Shown: positions 1 to 10,343, counted from the stretch's first letter. The stretch is DNA of 64,000 bases from an uncultured bacterium (GCA_964499705.1 CAZCME010000009.1:64001-128000), one strand, 5' to 3'. Notes: generated by a model from the sequence alone, not told the origin. Numbers and translations are program-made.

Positions 1-1
1 C

Positions 2-424
2 GTGAAGTATGAGGCATCGAGCGTCCCGCTGCTTGTCATCGCGGGCAAGGAATACGGCTCGGGATCCTCGCGCGACTGGGCGGCAAAGGGGACGGCCATG
101 CTCGGAGTGCGCGGCGTGATCGCGGAATCCTACGAGCGGATCCACAGGTCGAACCTCATCGGCATGGGTGTTCTGCCGATGCAGTTTCTCGACGGCGCAA
201 GCGCCTCATCGATCGGCGTGACGGGGCTGGAGCTCTTCAGCGTCATGGGCATCGCCGAACTTTCACCGGGAAAAATTCTCACCGTCAGCGCCCTACGGGA
301 TGGCGGCGGCTCGGCTTCGTCCGCCGTGAAATTCGAGGTCAAGTGCCGGATCGACACATCCGTCGAACTGGACTATTTCCGGCATGGCGGCATCCTGCCG
401 TTCGTCATGAGGCAGCTGAGGTAA
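2..424 (+). CDS. acnA: aconitate hydratase A, C-terminal swivel domain (5' partial)
   Basis: Motifs AGKEYGSGSSRDWAAKG, AESYERIHRSNLIGMGVLP and C-terminal YFRHGGILPFV; runs off the window start. Confidence 0.95.
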   Translation: MKYEASSVPLLVIAGKEYGSGSSRDWAAKGTAMLGVRGVIAESYERIHRSNLIGMGVLPMQFLDGASASSIGVTGLELFSVMGIAELSPGKILTVSALRDGGGSASSAVKFEVKCRIDTSVELDYFRHGGILPFVMRQLR

Positions 425-473
425 CAGTCGCGCCGAACGCCAGATCGCCCCGGTGGATTTCAGCCCCGCCGGA

Positions 474-1790
474 TCAGGCGGCGAACTCCCTGGCTGTTAC
501 GGAGCTATTCTCCATGATTTCATACCTGTTTCGACCATTGCGCTTGGCTCGATAGAGCGCCTGGTCCGCGGCCGCCAGCAGGCTCAGCGGAGTAGACCGT
601 CCCGTGTCGGCGACGACGCCGAGCGAAATCGTGACATCGATCAGCGGGGTGGTACGGCTCATAACGCATCCGGGTTTCGCCACGCGGATCAGCAGATCTT
701 CGACGGCGGCCCGCATGCGTTCGGCGGCCACCGCGGCTTTTTCGAGGTTTGTTTCGGGCAGAAGGACCGCGAATTCCTCGCCGCCATAGCGCGCCACGAC
801 ATCGATGTCGCGGAGAGTGCGCCGGAGCGCATCCGCGACGGCCCTCAGGACCAGGTCGCCCGCGGCGTGTCCATAGGTGTCGTTGATCTTCTTGAAATGA
901 TCGATGTCGATCATGACAACGGAGAGGGGCTGGCTCATCCGCCGGGCTCGATCACATTCCGTCGCGAAGATCTCGTCGAGCGATCTGCGATTGAATAATC
1001 CGGTCACGGAATCAATCTGGGCGAGATTTTCCACTCTCTGGATGTGAAAGGATTTTTCCAGAGACAGACCGGTGACGGACGCGAGAATATCCAGGGCATC
1101 CTCATCGATCCCGGAGTCGATCGTGGGATCCGCGTCGCTCCGGCCGCGGAAATCCAGCAGGATCGCATCCCCGCCCGACGATCGGAGGTCCCTGGTCGCG
1201 ACACCGCTTTCCTGCGCGTAACTCCATGTCCGATCAGCATCGCATTCAGCGAGGGGCGAGGGATGCGGATTCACGAGAAAGTCGCGGCTCGTTCCTGTCG
1301 CATCGCGGAAGCGGATCGCGGCGGATTTTGCGCCGAGCGTTTCGCAGCAGGCATGTCCGAACGCTTCCAGGATTTCCTCCACGCGCATGGAAGCACCCAT
1401 GGTCCTGACAAGTTCGCGCACGCGAAGGAGGTGCTCGAGCCTCCTGCGGCAGTTGAGTTCATGCTCGCGTGCCGCGTCGATGCGGCGGGCCGCGGCGCTG
1501 CGCGCCTCCTCGAGCTCCTGTCGCCGCGCCCGGAAACGTGTGTCGCCGGAATGGTGTATGAATCGAGCCAGCGCCCGGATGGAGACGGCGGCGGCAAGCG
1601 GGGAGAAGGAGAACAGCGTAAGGATGGTGGCATCGTGAAATCGAAGGAGAGCGAGGATTGTTGCGAGACATCCGGCGACGACGATCCATGGGCGCGGGAG
1701 ACGGGATGGGATGACGGCCGACCTTTGGACCTTCTTCGCGGCGAGAAGCAGGGATTGTTGAGTCCTGGGACGAGCCGGTGCCGCGTTCAT
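474..1790 (-). CDS. membrane-anchored diguanylate cyclase (GAF-like + GGDEF)
   Basis: DSVTGLFNRR, DIDHFKKINDTYGHAAGD, RDID I-site then ARYGGEEF, ADQALYRAKRNGRN; N-terminal hydrophobic segments. Confidence 0.9.
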   Translation of the reverse strand: MNAAPARPRTQQSLLLAAKKVQRSAVIPSRLPRPWIVVAGCLATILALLRFHDATILTLFSFSPLAAAVSIRALARFIHHSGDTRFRARRQELEEARSAAARRIDAAREHELNCRRRLEHLLRVRELVRTMGASMRVEEILEAFGHACCETLGAKSAAIRFRDATGTSRDFLVNPHPSPLAECDADRTWSYAQESGVATRDLRSSGGDAILLDFRGRSDADPTIDSGIDEDALDILASVTGLSLEKSFHIQRVENLAQIDSVTGLFNRRSLDEIFATECDRARRMSQPLSVVMIDIDHFKKINDTYGHAAGDLVLRAVADALRRTLRDIDVVARYGGEEFAVLLPETNLEKAAVAAERMRAAVEDLLIRVAKPGCVMSRTTPLIDVTISLGVVADTGRSTPLSLLAAADQALYRAKRNGRNRYEIMENSSVTAREFAA

Positions 1791-3319
1791 GACGCGGGGT
1801 TCGCTTCATATCGCGCCTGAAGCGGAGTTTCGACGCGATCTTGGCCGGAATTCCTGGCGCGGACCAGGGCGGCGTCCGCCGCCTTCAGCAGGGCGGGAGC
1901 GTTGTCGGCGTGCAAGGGGCAGATCGCCACGCCGAAGGAAGCTGTCAGGGGAGTGTCATCCGGTCGCGAGATGCGGGAAGACAGGGAAGTGCGGATCATG
2001 TCGGCAACTCCTCCCGCGCTGGAGGGATCATCACCAATGAAGGAGAGGGCGAATTCCTCGTCGCCGAGGCGGCCGATGTTGGATCCGGCGGGCGCCACAT
2101 CGCGGAGAACGGCCGCGACACGCCGGAGAATGTCGTCGCCTGCCGCGGAGCGGGCATCGGCCGCCACGGATGGAAAGCCGTCGAGATGGAAGAGGATGAG
2201 CGATGCGCAATGCCCGTAGCGGATGGCTCTCTGGATATCGACACGAACGCGCCGCCTGAAGGATTCGGGGCGAAGGAGACCGGTGAGCGTATCGTAAAGC
2301 GCCCGGCGTTTCATGTCATGGAAATGATCGGCGTATTGCAGCGAAAGCGCGGAAGATTCTGAGAAGTTTTCGAGGAGCTTGAGATCGTCGGAGCTGAAGC
2401 CGTTCACGGAATCGCTCTCCACGGACAGCACGCCGCGCGCTCCGGCGGGCGTCCTGACCACGACGGCGATCAGGGACCCTGCTTCCCGGGCACCCGTCTT
2501 GCTTGTCCGCGGCATTTGCCGCGCGTGCGCATCTCCCTCCGCCGCATCGTTCGACGGATTGCGGGCGGTATCGCGCACGATCAGAGGTCGGTTCGACTTC
2601 AGCACGACGGGCACAAAATCGCGGAAGCGGATGCCGCTCGCGGCGTCGCTGGAATCGGAGGCGATGGAAAAAGGGAGCGAGTGGGCCGTGCTTTCCCGGT
2701 AAAAGACGGCTCGCCCTTTTCCGAGCGCGTGGCGGGTCGATTCGACGATGCGATGCGGAACGATTTCGGGCGGCGCATCCTGCAACCGGGTGACGGCAGC
2801 CGTGAGCCTTCTCTCGGAGAGAAGCTTCGCCGCCAGGTGCCCGGCTTTGTCCTCCGCTTCGGCCGCCTGTTCCAGGAGCGTCCGGATAGCTTCACGCTCC
2901 TGGTGGACAAGCCGGCTGCGGCCGGCGTGATCCGAACAGAGACGATCGCGTAGAATGCCGGCCGCGAATCCGCCGGCGATGATGAGACAGGCATCGAGCA
3001 GAATGGCGAGGCGCGCGAGCAAGAGAGATTCGAGCGAGGAAATTTGAGATGCCGGGTGGAACGACAGGCCGGACAGGGGGATCAGGGAGAGAAGAATCCC
3101 CATGAAGACACCGCCCCGCGCGCCCCACGTCATGCCGGCCATCAGGGCCGCCACCGCCGCTCCGGCTGTCAACGGGAGCAAGAAGGAGGAGTGATGAATC
3201 GTCATGAAGAAGAGCACGAGCACCAGCGCCGAGTGCAGGAATGCGACCGCCGCGATCCCGGGCGGCTTCAGTGCGAACCCGCTCTCACTCTCATCCACCT
3301 GGAAAAGTTCCGCAAACAA
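1787..3319 (-). CDS. membrane protein with GAF and degenerate GGDEF domain
   Basis: About 4 N-terminal TM segments, GAF-like region, DTLTGLL, degenerate FHLDGFPSV and GRLGDEEF, ADAALVRARNSGQD; ATGA overlap with the downstream gene. Confidence 0.8.
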   Translation of the reverse strand: MFAELFQVDESESGFALKPPGIAAVAFLHSALVLVLFFMTIHHSSFLLPLTAGAAVAALMAGMTWGARGGVFMGILLSLIPLSGLSFHPASQISSLESLLLARLAILLDACLIIAGGFAAGILRDRLCSDHAGRSRLVHQEREAIRTLLEQAAEAEDKAGHLAAKLLSERRLTAAVTRLQDAPPEIVPHRIVESTRHALGKGRAVFYRESTAHSLPFSIASDSSDAASGIRFRDFVPVVLKSNRPLIVRDTARNPSNDAAEGDAHARQMPRTSKTGAREAGSLIAVVVRTPAGARGVLSVESDSVNGFSSDDLKLLENFSESSALSLQYADHFHDMKRRALYDTLTGLLRPESFRRRVRVDIQRAIRYGHCASLILFHLDGFPSVAADARSAAGDDILRRVAAVLRDVAPAGSNIGRLGDEEFALSFIGDDPSSAGGVADMIRTSLSSRISRPDDTPLTASFGVAICPLHADNAPALLKAADAALVRARNSGQDRVETPLQARYEANPAS

Positions 3320-3734
3320 TCGAGCCCCTCCGCCCCGCGACCGTCCGAAGCCGCTGTCCTGATCTTAATCCGCCGACCCCCGGAACGTCAAGGGAAATAT
3401 GCGTAATAATGAAAACTAATACGTATTAGCAATAACATTCAACGAACACCGCTCCCTGCCGCCAGCGGTGAGCGTGTCGTTGATCGTGGCCTCGCCCTGG
3501 AATTCATTATACGTTCTCCTGCCGATGAGGTCAATATGAAAGTGAAGAATATTACAGATGTAAGCGGTTACAAAGACATAATAATGGAAAATGCGCGGGC
3601 GAAACGCCCGGATGGCGCGGAGCGGCCTTTCGTCTTTTGTCCGTGTCCGTCTCGCGGTATCATGGTTTCGTGGTCATCGACATTCCAAGCGTCGGCCGGT
3701 CCGGTTGCTCCGGCGCATTCGCTGCGAGCCTACC

Positions 3735-5612
3735 ATGTGCGGCGTAACCGGGCTCTTCGGTTCGTTCGATCTCGAACGAATCGACGCCATGACGGCCTGC
3801 CTCTCGCATCGCGGGCCGGATGAACAGGGGTTCTTCCGGGAACCCGGCTCGGGCCTTGCGCTCGGTCACAGACGCCTCTCCATCATCGACCTCGCCGGTG
3901 GAACGCAGCCGATCTTCAACGAAGATTCCTCCGTCGTCGTCCTCTTCAACGGGGAGATCTACAATTACGTCGAGTTGCGCGAGGATCTCAGGAAGCGCGG
4001 GCACGTTTTCAGAACGGAGTCCGATACGGAAACGATCGTGCACCTTTATGAGGAAATGGGGGACGGTTTTCCGCAGAAATTGAACGGTGATTTCGCCATC
4101 GCCCTGTACGACCGGAAACTGCGGAAACTTTTTGTCGTCCGCGACAGGCTCGGCATACGACCCGTGTATTACGCGACGACAAAGGAAGGCTTTCTTTTCG
4201 GCTCCGAACCCAAGGCGATTTTCCGGAGCGGTTACCTGCCGAAGAATATCGACCGGATCGCCCTCGGAGACTATCTCCGGCTCCGCTACACCCCGGGCCC
4301 CAGGACGCTCTTCGACGGAGTCCGCAAGCTCCTGCCGGGCCATATCCTGGAGATTTCCGCGGATGCGCCCGCGTTTCCGAAGCTGACGGAGTGGTGGAAT
4401 CCCGATGCCATCGCGCCGCGCGCCCGGTCCGACAAGTCGCTGGTCGATGAATTCGACGCCCTGCTGGATGACGCGGTCCGGATCCGGATGCGGAGCGATG
4501 TGCCGGTCTCTGCGTTTCTCTCCGGCGGTCTCGATTCCTCCCTCATCGTCCGGCTGATGGCCCGTCACGGCGGCGTCCACCGCGCCTACTCGATCGGCTT
4601 TCATCTCGATATCGACGAGAACGCCCAAGCTCGATCGATGGCTCATTCCATGGGCATCGACCACAGCGATATCTACGTCGAACCGGACGGCTACCGCGAT
4701 CTGCCGCGCGTCGCCGGAAGAATGGACGACCCCGTGGGCGACATCATCATTCTCCCGACGCATACGCTCGCCGAACACGTTTCACGGGAAGGCAAGGTGG
4801 TGCTGACGGGCGACGGCGCGGATGAGGTGTGGGGAGGATATCTCCACCACTTCGTCCTGCATTACCTTCACGGCGCCTCGCGCCGGGCGCCGGGTGCGAT
4901 CAACCTGGGCGCGGGCATGGCGCGGATGGCGCCCCTTGCGGCGCTTAACGCGCTGTTTCCCTATCCGGCCGCCCTGGGAGAGAAGGGGAGAGGCAAACTG
5001 CTGAAGCTCCTGGAACAATCGCAACGGCCGCGCGATGCCTACCTCTCCTTCACGACCTTCGCCGGATATGAGGATGTCTTCCGCCTCCTCGGGGATGCCT
5101 CCCGCTTTCCTCCGGTCTTTCGGGATCTGAACGACACGAGCGAGACGATCCTGCGGCGGATCTTCCGGGCGGAAAGGCGGTCCTGGTTGCCGGACTGCAC
5201 GCTCCTGAAGCAGGACACGCTGGCGATGGCGAACTCCCTGGAAGGCCGTATTCCCCTCCTGGACCACCGCATCGTGGAGTTCGCGGCTTCGCTGGAGGAT
5301 AAAGCCAAGATCCGGATGTTCCGGTCGAAGTGGCTCCTCAGGAAAATCGCGGAACGCCATCTGGGGAAGGAGATCGCGTGGCGGAAGAAGAAAGCGTTTT
5401 ACATCCCTACGGAACGTTGTTTCGACTCCGGATTCGCGAGGTTCCACGAGGAATATTTCGACGAGGATCGGATCCGCGCGGAAGGCGTCTTCGATCCCGC
5501 GGCATTCCGCTCGATCGTCCATCAGGGCGGCGCTGAAATTCTCGACAACAAGCTCCGGAATAATTTGCTGATCTTCCAGATGTGGCGCCAGGCTCAGTTC
5601 GGTTCGGCCTGA
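3735..5612 (+). CDS. asnB: asparagine synthase (glutamine-hydrolysing) family amidotransferase
   Basis: Start placed at MCGVTG (N-terminal catalytic Cys, ATG 3735); HRGPD, HRRLSIID, FNGEIYN, LSGGLDSS, LTGDGADE, SLEGRIPLLD. Confidence 0.93.
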   Translation: MCGVTGLFGSFDLERIDAMTACLSHRGPDEQGFFREPGSGLALGHRRLSIIDLAGGTQPIFNEDSSVVVLFNGEIYNYVELREDLRKRGHVFRTESDTETIVHLYEEMGDGFPQKLNGDFAIALYDRKLRKLFVVRDRLGIRPVYYATTKEGFLFGSEPKAIFRSGYLPKNIDRIALGDYLRLRYTPGPRTLFDGVRKLLPGHILEISADAPAFPKLTEWWNPDAIAPRARSDKSLVDEFDALLDDAVRIRMRSDVPVSAFLSGGLDSSLIVRLMARHGGVHRAYSIGFHLDIDENAQARSMAHSMGIDHSDIYVEPDGYRDLPRVAGRMDDPVGDIIILPTHTLAEHVSREGKVVLTGDGADEVWGGYLHHFVLHYLHGASRRAPGAINLGAGMARMAPLAALNALFPYPAALGEKGRGKLLKLLEQSQRPRDAYLSFTTFAGYEDVFRLLGDASRFPPVFRDLNDTSETILRRIFRAERRSWLPDCTLLKQDTLAMANSLEGRIPLLDHRIVEFAASLEDKAKIRMFRSKWLLRKIAERHLGKEIAWRKKKAFYIPTERCFDSGFARFHEEYFDEDRIRAEGVFDPAAFRSIVHQGGAEILDNKLRNNLLIFQMWRQAQFGSA

Positions 5613-5625
5613 TCCCCGCGCGCCC

Positions 5626-6735
5626 TTGATCCCTTCCCCACTTGATCGCCGGGATCTTCTTCACATCCTGCCGACCGCCTTCTGGGCTCTCGCTCTCCTG
5701 CCCGCCTGCGCATTCGCCCACCGCCGGCTCCAGCTCGGCCCGGAACATGTCGTCTGGTTTGTGCTCCTGGGCGCCTACTGCTTTCCCGTTGCCGCTCTCC
5801 TCGGAATTCTCGATCGCCTGCCGGAGACGCTCGCGTCATTTCGCGTCGACCGGGCCCGTTTCGCGCTCGCCGCGGCCGCCTGTATTCTGCTCGTCGCGCT
5901 GAACGAGATTCAGATCGGCATGATCCTCGCCGCGAACGCATTCGTTCTCATGGAATTTCTCCACTCCCATCCCCGCGGGCGCGCGGAAAAACTGCTCGCC
6001 ATGATTCTCCCCGCCGGATATTTCCTCCTCGGCTTCACCCTGGTCATGCTCTGGAACGATGTCATAGCCTCATTCCGCTACTTCGCATCCGCGGACGGGT
6101 TCGCGGCCTCCGTGGACCGATTCCTCCTGGCCGGATACTCCGTGCCGCGCTTTTCCGCGTGGTGGTCCCGGTATCCGTCCGCGCTCGCTTTCCTGGAATA
6201 TGTCTATTTCTTCATGTTCAACGTCATGGGAGCGGTGCTTGTCCTTCTGGCGATCGATGGAGGACTGGGGCGAGCCCTGCGCGCGGTGGGCATCATCCTC
6301 CTGGCGTACACGGCCAGCCTCGCCTGCTACATGATCTGGCCGGCGCACGGCCCTTATTTCGGGGATCCGCATCACTTCGAGGTGTTTCCGCGGACGCTGG
6401 CGTCCTATGGAATTCAGTTGCGCATGCTGGAACAGGGCGAGCTGCTGTGGAATCACGCGGACATGCTTCCCATCCGCGGAAATTATTTCATCGGCTTTCC
6501 CTGCATGCACATTGTCCAGCCGCTCATCGCGGTTCACTTCATGCGCCACCGCCCCCGGCTATGCAGGTTTCTGATCGCCTACACGCTTATTCTCGTGATC
6601 GCGATCCTGGCCCTGGACTGGCATTATCTCGTGGATGTGATCGGCGGCGTGCCTCTCGCCTGGCTGGCGCTGCGGGCGCTCGGCGAGCACCCGTTCCGGG
6701 CCGCCGGGCGGCTACCGGTTCATATCGCGTCTTAA
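5626..6735 (+). CDS. PAP2-superfamily / inositolphosphorylceramide-synthase-like polytopic membrane protein
   Basis: Multiple TM segments; WPAHGP, FPCMH and HYLVDVIGG motifs resemble the Aur1/PAP2_3 catalytic motifs; start (TTG) uncertain. Confidence 0.7.
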   Translation: MIPSPLDRRDLLHILPTAFWALALLPACAFAHRRLQLGPEHVVWFVLLGAYCFPVAALLGILDRLPETLASFRVDRARFALAAAACILLVALNEIQIGMILAANAFVLMEFLHSHPRGRAEKLLAMILPAGYFLLGFTLVMLWNDVIASFRYFASADGFAASVDRFLLAGYSVPRFSAWWSRYPSALAFLEYVYFFMFNVMGAVLVLLAIDGGLGRALRAVGIILLAYTASLACYMIWPAHGPYFGDPHHFEVFPRTLASYGIQLRMLEQGELLWNHADMLPIRGNYFIGFPCMHIVQPLIAVHFMRHRPRLCRFLIAYTLILVIAILALDWHYLVDVIGGVPLAWLALRALGEHPFRAAGRLPVHIAS

Positions 6736-7578
6736 CTGCGCGATCTGTTCCGCGAGCATGCCGTTGAGGAAGATCATCACGGCCGAAACAAGGAGAATGA
6801 TGCCGCTGCTCTGGATGGCCCCGCCGGAAACGAGCTGATACGTGGAAATGGCGATCCCGAGCGTCATCAGCAGAAGGAACGAAGGGAGAAATATCTTCTG
6901 GGGATGGAACGTCATGATGACGCGGAAGATGATATGCAGAAACTTCATGCCGTCGCGGAACGGCTTGATATTGCTCTGCCCCTGGGTCCGCCTGACGATG
7001 GTCGGCATGGGGACGTATTTCACGAAATATCCGGCGCTGAAAAACGCCAGCGTGCTGGTCGTGGGGTAGGAGTAGCTGAGCGGATAGAGATGCATGAACT
7101 TCAGAAGGATGCTCTTCTTCACCGCGCGGAATCCGGACGTGAGATCGTCGATCTGGTGCCCGCTGATGCTTTGGGCGAGATGAATGAGGATCAGGTTGCC
7201 GATGTTGCGCTGCAGATCGGTCTTGCTTTCCTTGGTCCGGGCGGCGACGACCATGTCGTACGTGGGGATGTGTTCAAGCAGCTTGGGGATATCTTCGGGC
7301 TGATGCTGGAGATCCGCATCCATGAAGACGATGTATTCGCGCGACGCTTTGAGGGCGCCGCTTTTAACCGCGGCGCCGTTGCCGATGTTGTACGGATGCT
7401 CCACGACCACGGCCCCGGCCTTTCGGGCCAATTCCGCCGTTCTGTCGCTCGACCCGTCCGAGCAGACGATGACCTCGAAGTCTCCCGAGACGGCGCGAAC
7501 GCGGGCGACGAGTTCCGCGATTGATTCCTCCTCGTTGAACGCCGGTATGACGACGGATACCTCCCTGTATGGAACCAT
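6712..7578 (-). CDS. glycosyltransferase family 2 (DPM1-like) with C-terminal TM helices
   Basis: SVVIPAFNEE, DGSSDRT, FMDADLQH, DLTSGFRA; 3' end overlaps the convergent PAP2 gene by 24 nt. Confidence 0.9.
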   Translation of the reverse strand: MVPYREVSVVIPAFNEEESIAELVARVRAVSGDFEVIVCSDGSSDRTAELARKAGAVVVEHPYNIGNGAAVKSGALKASREYIVFMDADLQHQPEDIPKLLEHIPTYDMVVAARTKESKTDLQRNIGNLILIHLAQSISGHQIDDLTSGFRAVKKSILLKFMHLYPLSYSYPTTSTLAFFSAGYFVKYVPMPTIVRRTQGQSNIKPFRDGMKFLHIIFRVIMTFHPQKIFLPSFLLLMTLGIAISTYQLVSGGAIQSSGIILLVSAVMIFLNGMLAEQIAQLRRDMNR

Positions 7579-7831
7579 TCAGCATTCTCCCTGGCGGAAC
7601 TTGAAGATTCCATCTTGCGCTGACGAGCGCCCCGGCGCAAGATATACGCACGCGCTGCCGATCGTCATTCGAGCTCCTGGAGGCTGAAGAATCGGGATGA
7701 GGCGTTGTATTTCCCCGTGGCCTTCCCCTCGATGAGAGCCCGCACCATGATTTTTCTCAGGACGGCCGCGAAAAACGCGGCTCGGCCGAGCGTCAGCATG
7801 TAGAGCCGCAATATGATCAATTGCCATGTCG

Positions 7832-8833
7832 TCATGACCTCACCTCACTGCCGGACGAACCGGCGCCCTTCTCGTTGAACTCCACATAGGCCCGGGCGTA
7901 ATCCGCCGTGAGCGGGATGGCGTAGCGGTCATCCAGCCAGAGCGGTGTTATCATGCTGTTGGTTGCGGCTCCGTTCAAGATCTTCCTCATGACCGGGCTG
8001 CCGGTCGCGTAAAAACCGAAGGTGTACAGAAATTGCGTATTCCGGCTTGTCGACGTGAAGTCGTAATTTCCCGAGGAGTCGATCTTGCCGTCCAGTGTCG
8101 CGTTGATGCTGGAAATGATACCCGACCATTCCGCGCTTTTCAGGCGCGCGTTCAACATCGCGAGCGTGCTGTTGGTGATGGAAGAATATCCGATGTCGAA
8201 TCCTCCGTATTCCGGGAAGTGCCCGTGCTGGTCGAACGCGGATTTCAGGACGGCCATCTTTTCCTCGAAACAGGCTTGAATCGCGGCGTCGCCGGTCAGC
8301 AGGGCGATGTTCTGCAGTCCCGCCGTCGCCGCGGCCATCTGGTTTCCGACAAGGGGCGAGAAGTTCCGGTGGAGCCAATGCCCCGATCCGATCATGCGCG
8401 CCTTGAGATTTTCGCTTTCGATGAATTGCCGCGCGGCATCCCTCGATTGCGGCGCGGAGCTCTCCAGGAGAATGAGAAGGGACTCCGTCGCGGCATGCGC
8501 GGTGAAGGAGGTGGCGCAGAAACTTCGCTCCATCGGATAAACTTCCGAGGCGGATCCGTCGGCATTCAAGCGGTCGGCCCAGAACTTGATGATGCCGAGG
8601 AGCCAATCGAGCACCTTCTTCTTCCTGTGATAGATATTTCCCGGGAAGTCGTATTCGTGGAGGATCGCGAGGAGAACGCAGGCTTCCTGGAAGCGCGCAT
8701 TGGGGAGATCGTGGAACTTATAGTGCCAGTAGTACCGGTCGCAGCATCCGGCGGTGGTCGACGTGCGATCCCTGTCGATGAGGCCAAGTATTCTCGGCAC
8801 GCTCAGGAGGATGATCTCGCGCAGCTTATCCAT
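7832..8833 (-). CDS. hypothetical protein, probably an alpha-helical enzyme of a glycan/lipid modification locus
   Basis: 333-aa ORF with coding-like composition (GCCDRYYWHYK, NARFQEA, EYGGFDIGY) directly downstream of the radical SAM gene; no confident family. Confidence 0.7.
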   Translation of the reverse strand: MDKLREIILLSVPRILGLIDRDRTSTTAGCCDRYYWHYKFHDLPNARFQEACVLLAILHEYDFPGNIYHRKKKVLDWLLGIIKFWADRLNADGSASEVYPMERSFCATSFTAHAATESLLILLESSAPQSRDAARQFIESENLKARMIGSGHWLHRNFSPLVGNQMAAATAGLQNIALLTGDAAIQACFEEKMAVLKSAFDQHGHFPEYGGFDIGYSSITNSTLAMLNARLKSAEWSGIISSINATLDGKIDSSGNYDFTSTSRNTQFLYTFGFYATGSPVMRKILNGAATNSMITPLWLDDRYAIPLTADYARAYVEFNEKGAGSSGSEVRS

Positions 8834-8885
8834 GGTTCATTTCCTTAAGTGGTGAAATTCCGTTCCTGGTCAGAAATCGGAAGTT

Positions 8886-10343
8886 TCAACCCCCGGCGAG
8901 AGCGAAATCCAGGACATTCGATCCGGCGACCGCGATGCGGCGCATGTCGGACGGATTCTTGATGCGACGGAGCGAATTCCAGAGATAGCGGGGACGCGTG
9001 TAGAAGGCGCGATAGGCCTCCCGGATACCCGCGGAGAGCTCTTCCTTCGTCAGAGACGTATACGCCTCGTTGAAGATCCCTTCCGTATGGAGGATCGAAA
9101 GGTCATTGATGGAGCCGTCCTCGATTTCGGGATGATTTTTCGCGACTTCGATGAAGAGGGGAGTGCCCGGGTATGGGGTGCAGACTCCGAAAGTCACCGT
9201 CGTGGGATCGAGTTCGATCGCGTACCGGATGTTCTTCTCCATGGTCTCCTTGGTCTCGCCCGGCATGCCCAGCATCATATGCGCGTGCGTGTCGACGCCG
9301 ACCTCGTGCGCCCACTTGAAGACTTTCCGGCAATCCTCCGCCAGATATCCCTTCCGGACCCGGTCCAGCATCTCCTGGTTGTAATGCTCCACGCCGAACT
9401 TGATGTAATGACATCCCGCTTCCTTCATCCGGACCATCATGTCCCGCGTGATCGAATCCACGCGGCTGTTGCAGATCCACACCACGTCGAGTTTCCGCTC
9501 GATGATCTGGTCGCACATCTGGAACGTGCGTTCCGCATCCGCGTTGAAAGTCTCGTCACGGAAATAGATCTCGCGGTAGCCGTTATTCAGGTGCTGTTCG
9601 ACTTCGTCGACCACGCGCTTGGCGGACTGATAGCGGATCGATTTGCCGTAGATGAACGGGGAGGTGCAGAACGTGCACTTGGCAGGACAACCCTTGGACG
9701 TGATCATCGTGATGTAGGGGAATCGTTCCACCAGGGGGTTGAAATACTCGACGTTCCTGGGAAGCATGCTGGTGTCGAGGAACGGCAGTTCATCCGGCTC
9801 CTCGACGTAGGAGATTCCCCGGTTCCGCTGAACTTCGCCGGCGGCATTCCGGAATGAAATCGCGGGCATCTCGGAATAGTCTTCGCCGTTCGTGAGCTTG
9901 TTGATCAATTCCCGGATGGTGATCTCCGGTTCCTGGCGGACGCAGAAATCGACGCCGTCATGCTTCATGCAGTACTTGGGCATGAACGTCGCGTGGCTGC
10001 CGTAGATGAAAGTCTTGATGGAAGGATTGTGCTGCTTGTAGAAATTCAGAGCCTGGACGTCTTCGTTGAAAGTCATCGTCGAGGTGCTGCACACGAGGTA
10101 ATCGTACGGTCCGGGAGGCGCGTCTTCGATCGTCTTGCCTTCACCCAGAGCGTCGAAGAAGGTCACGTCATATCCGGCGTCTTTAATGACGGTCGCTATG
10201 AGGAGGAGATAGAAGGGAGGAACGGTTCCTTTTCCAATGCGCTTTCCATTGCACCAGCAACCGTAGAGAATGTCGCGAACGACGTTCTTCGACTTCTTGG
10301 TGGCTGGGTTTAAGACAAGAACCCGCTTCTTGCTTTTATCCAT
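8886..10343 (-). CDS. B12-binding-domain radical SAM protein (HpnJ/BchE-like)
   Basis: TSKGCPAKCTFC (CxxxCxxC), YFRDETF, MKEAGC..IKFGVE, MLGMPGET, TPYPGTPL; GAGGAG RBS upstream. Confidence 0.9.
   Translation of the reverse strand: MDKSKKRVLVLNPATKKSKNVVRDILYGCWCNGKRIGKGTVPPFYLLLIATVIKDAGYDVTFFDALGEGKTIEDAPPGPYDYLVCSTSTMTFNEDVQALNFYKQHNPSIKTFIYGSHATFMPKYCMKHDGVDFCVRQEPEITIRELINKLTNGEDYSEMPAISFRNAAGEVQRNRGISYVEEPDELPFLDTSMLPRNVEYFNPLVERFPYITMITSKGCPAKCTFCTSPFIYGKSIRYQSAKRVVDEVEQHLNNGYREIYFRDETFNADAERTFQMCDQIIERKLDVVWICNSRVDSITRDMMVRMKEAGCHYIKFGVEHYNQEMLDRVRKGYLAEDCRKVFKWAHEVGVDTHAHMMLGMPGETKETMEKNIRYAIELDPTTVTFGVCTPYPGTPLFIEVAKNHPEIEDGSINDLSILHTEGIFNEAYTSLTKEELSAGIREAYRAFYTRPRYLWNSLRRIKNPSDMRRIAVAGSNVLDFALAGG

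Noticed and set aside
3591-3734. N-terminal extension of asnB and a small hairpin cgggcg-aaa-cgcccg (3596-3610) as a c-di-GMP riboswitch
   Set aside because: Class II amidotransferases need Cys at position 2 (ATG 3735); the hairpin lacks the rest of a recognisable riboswitch consensus
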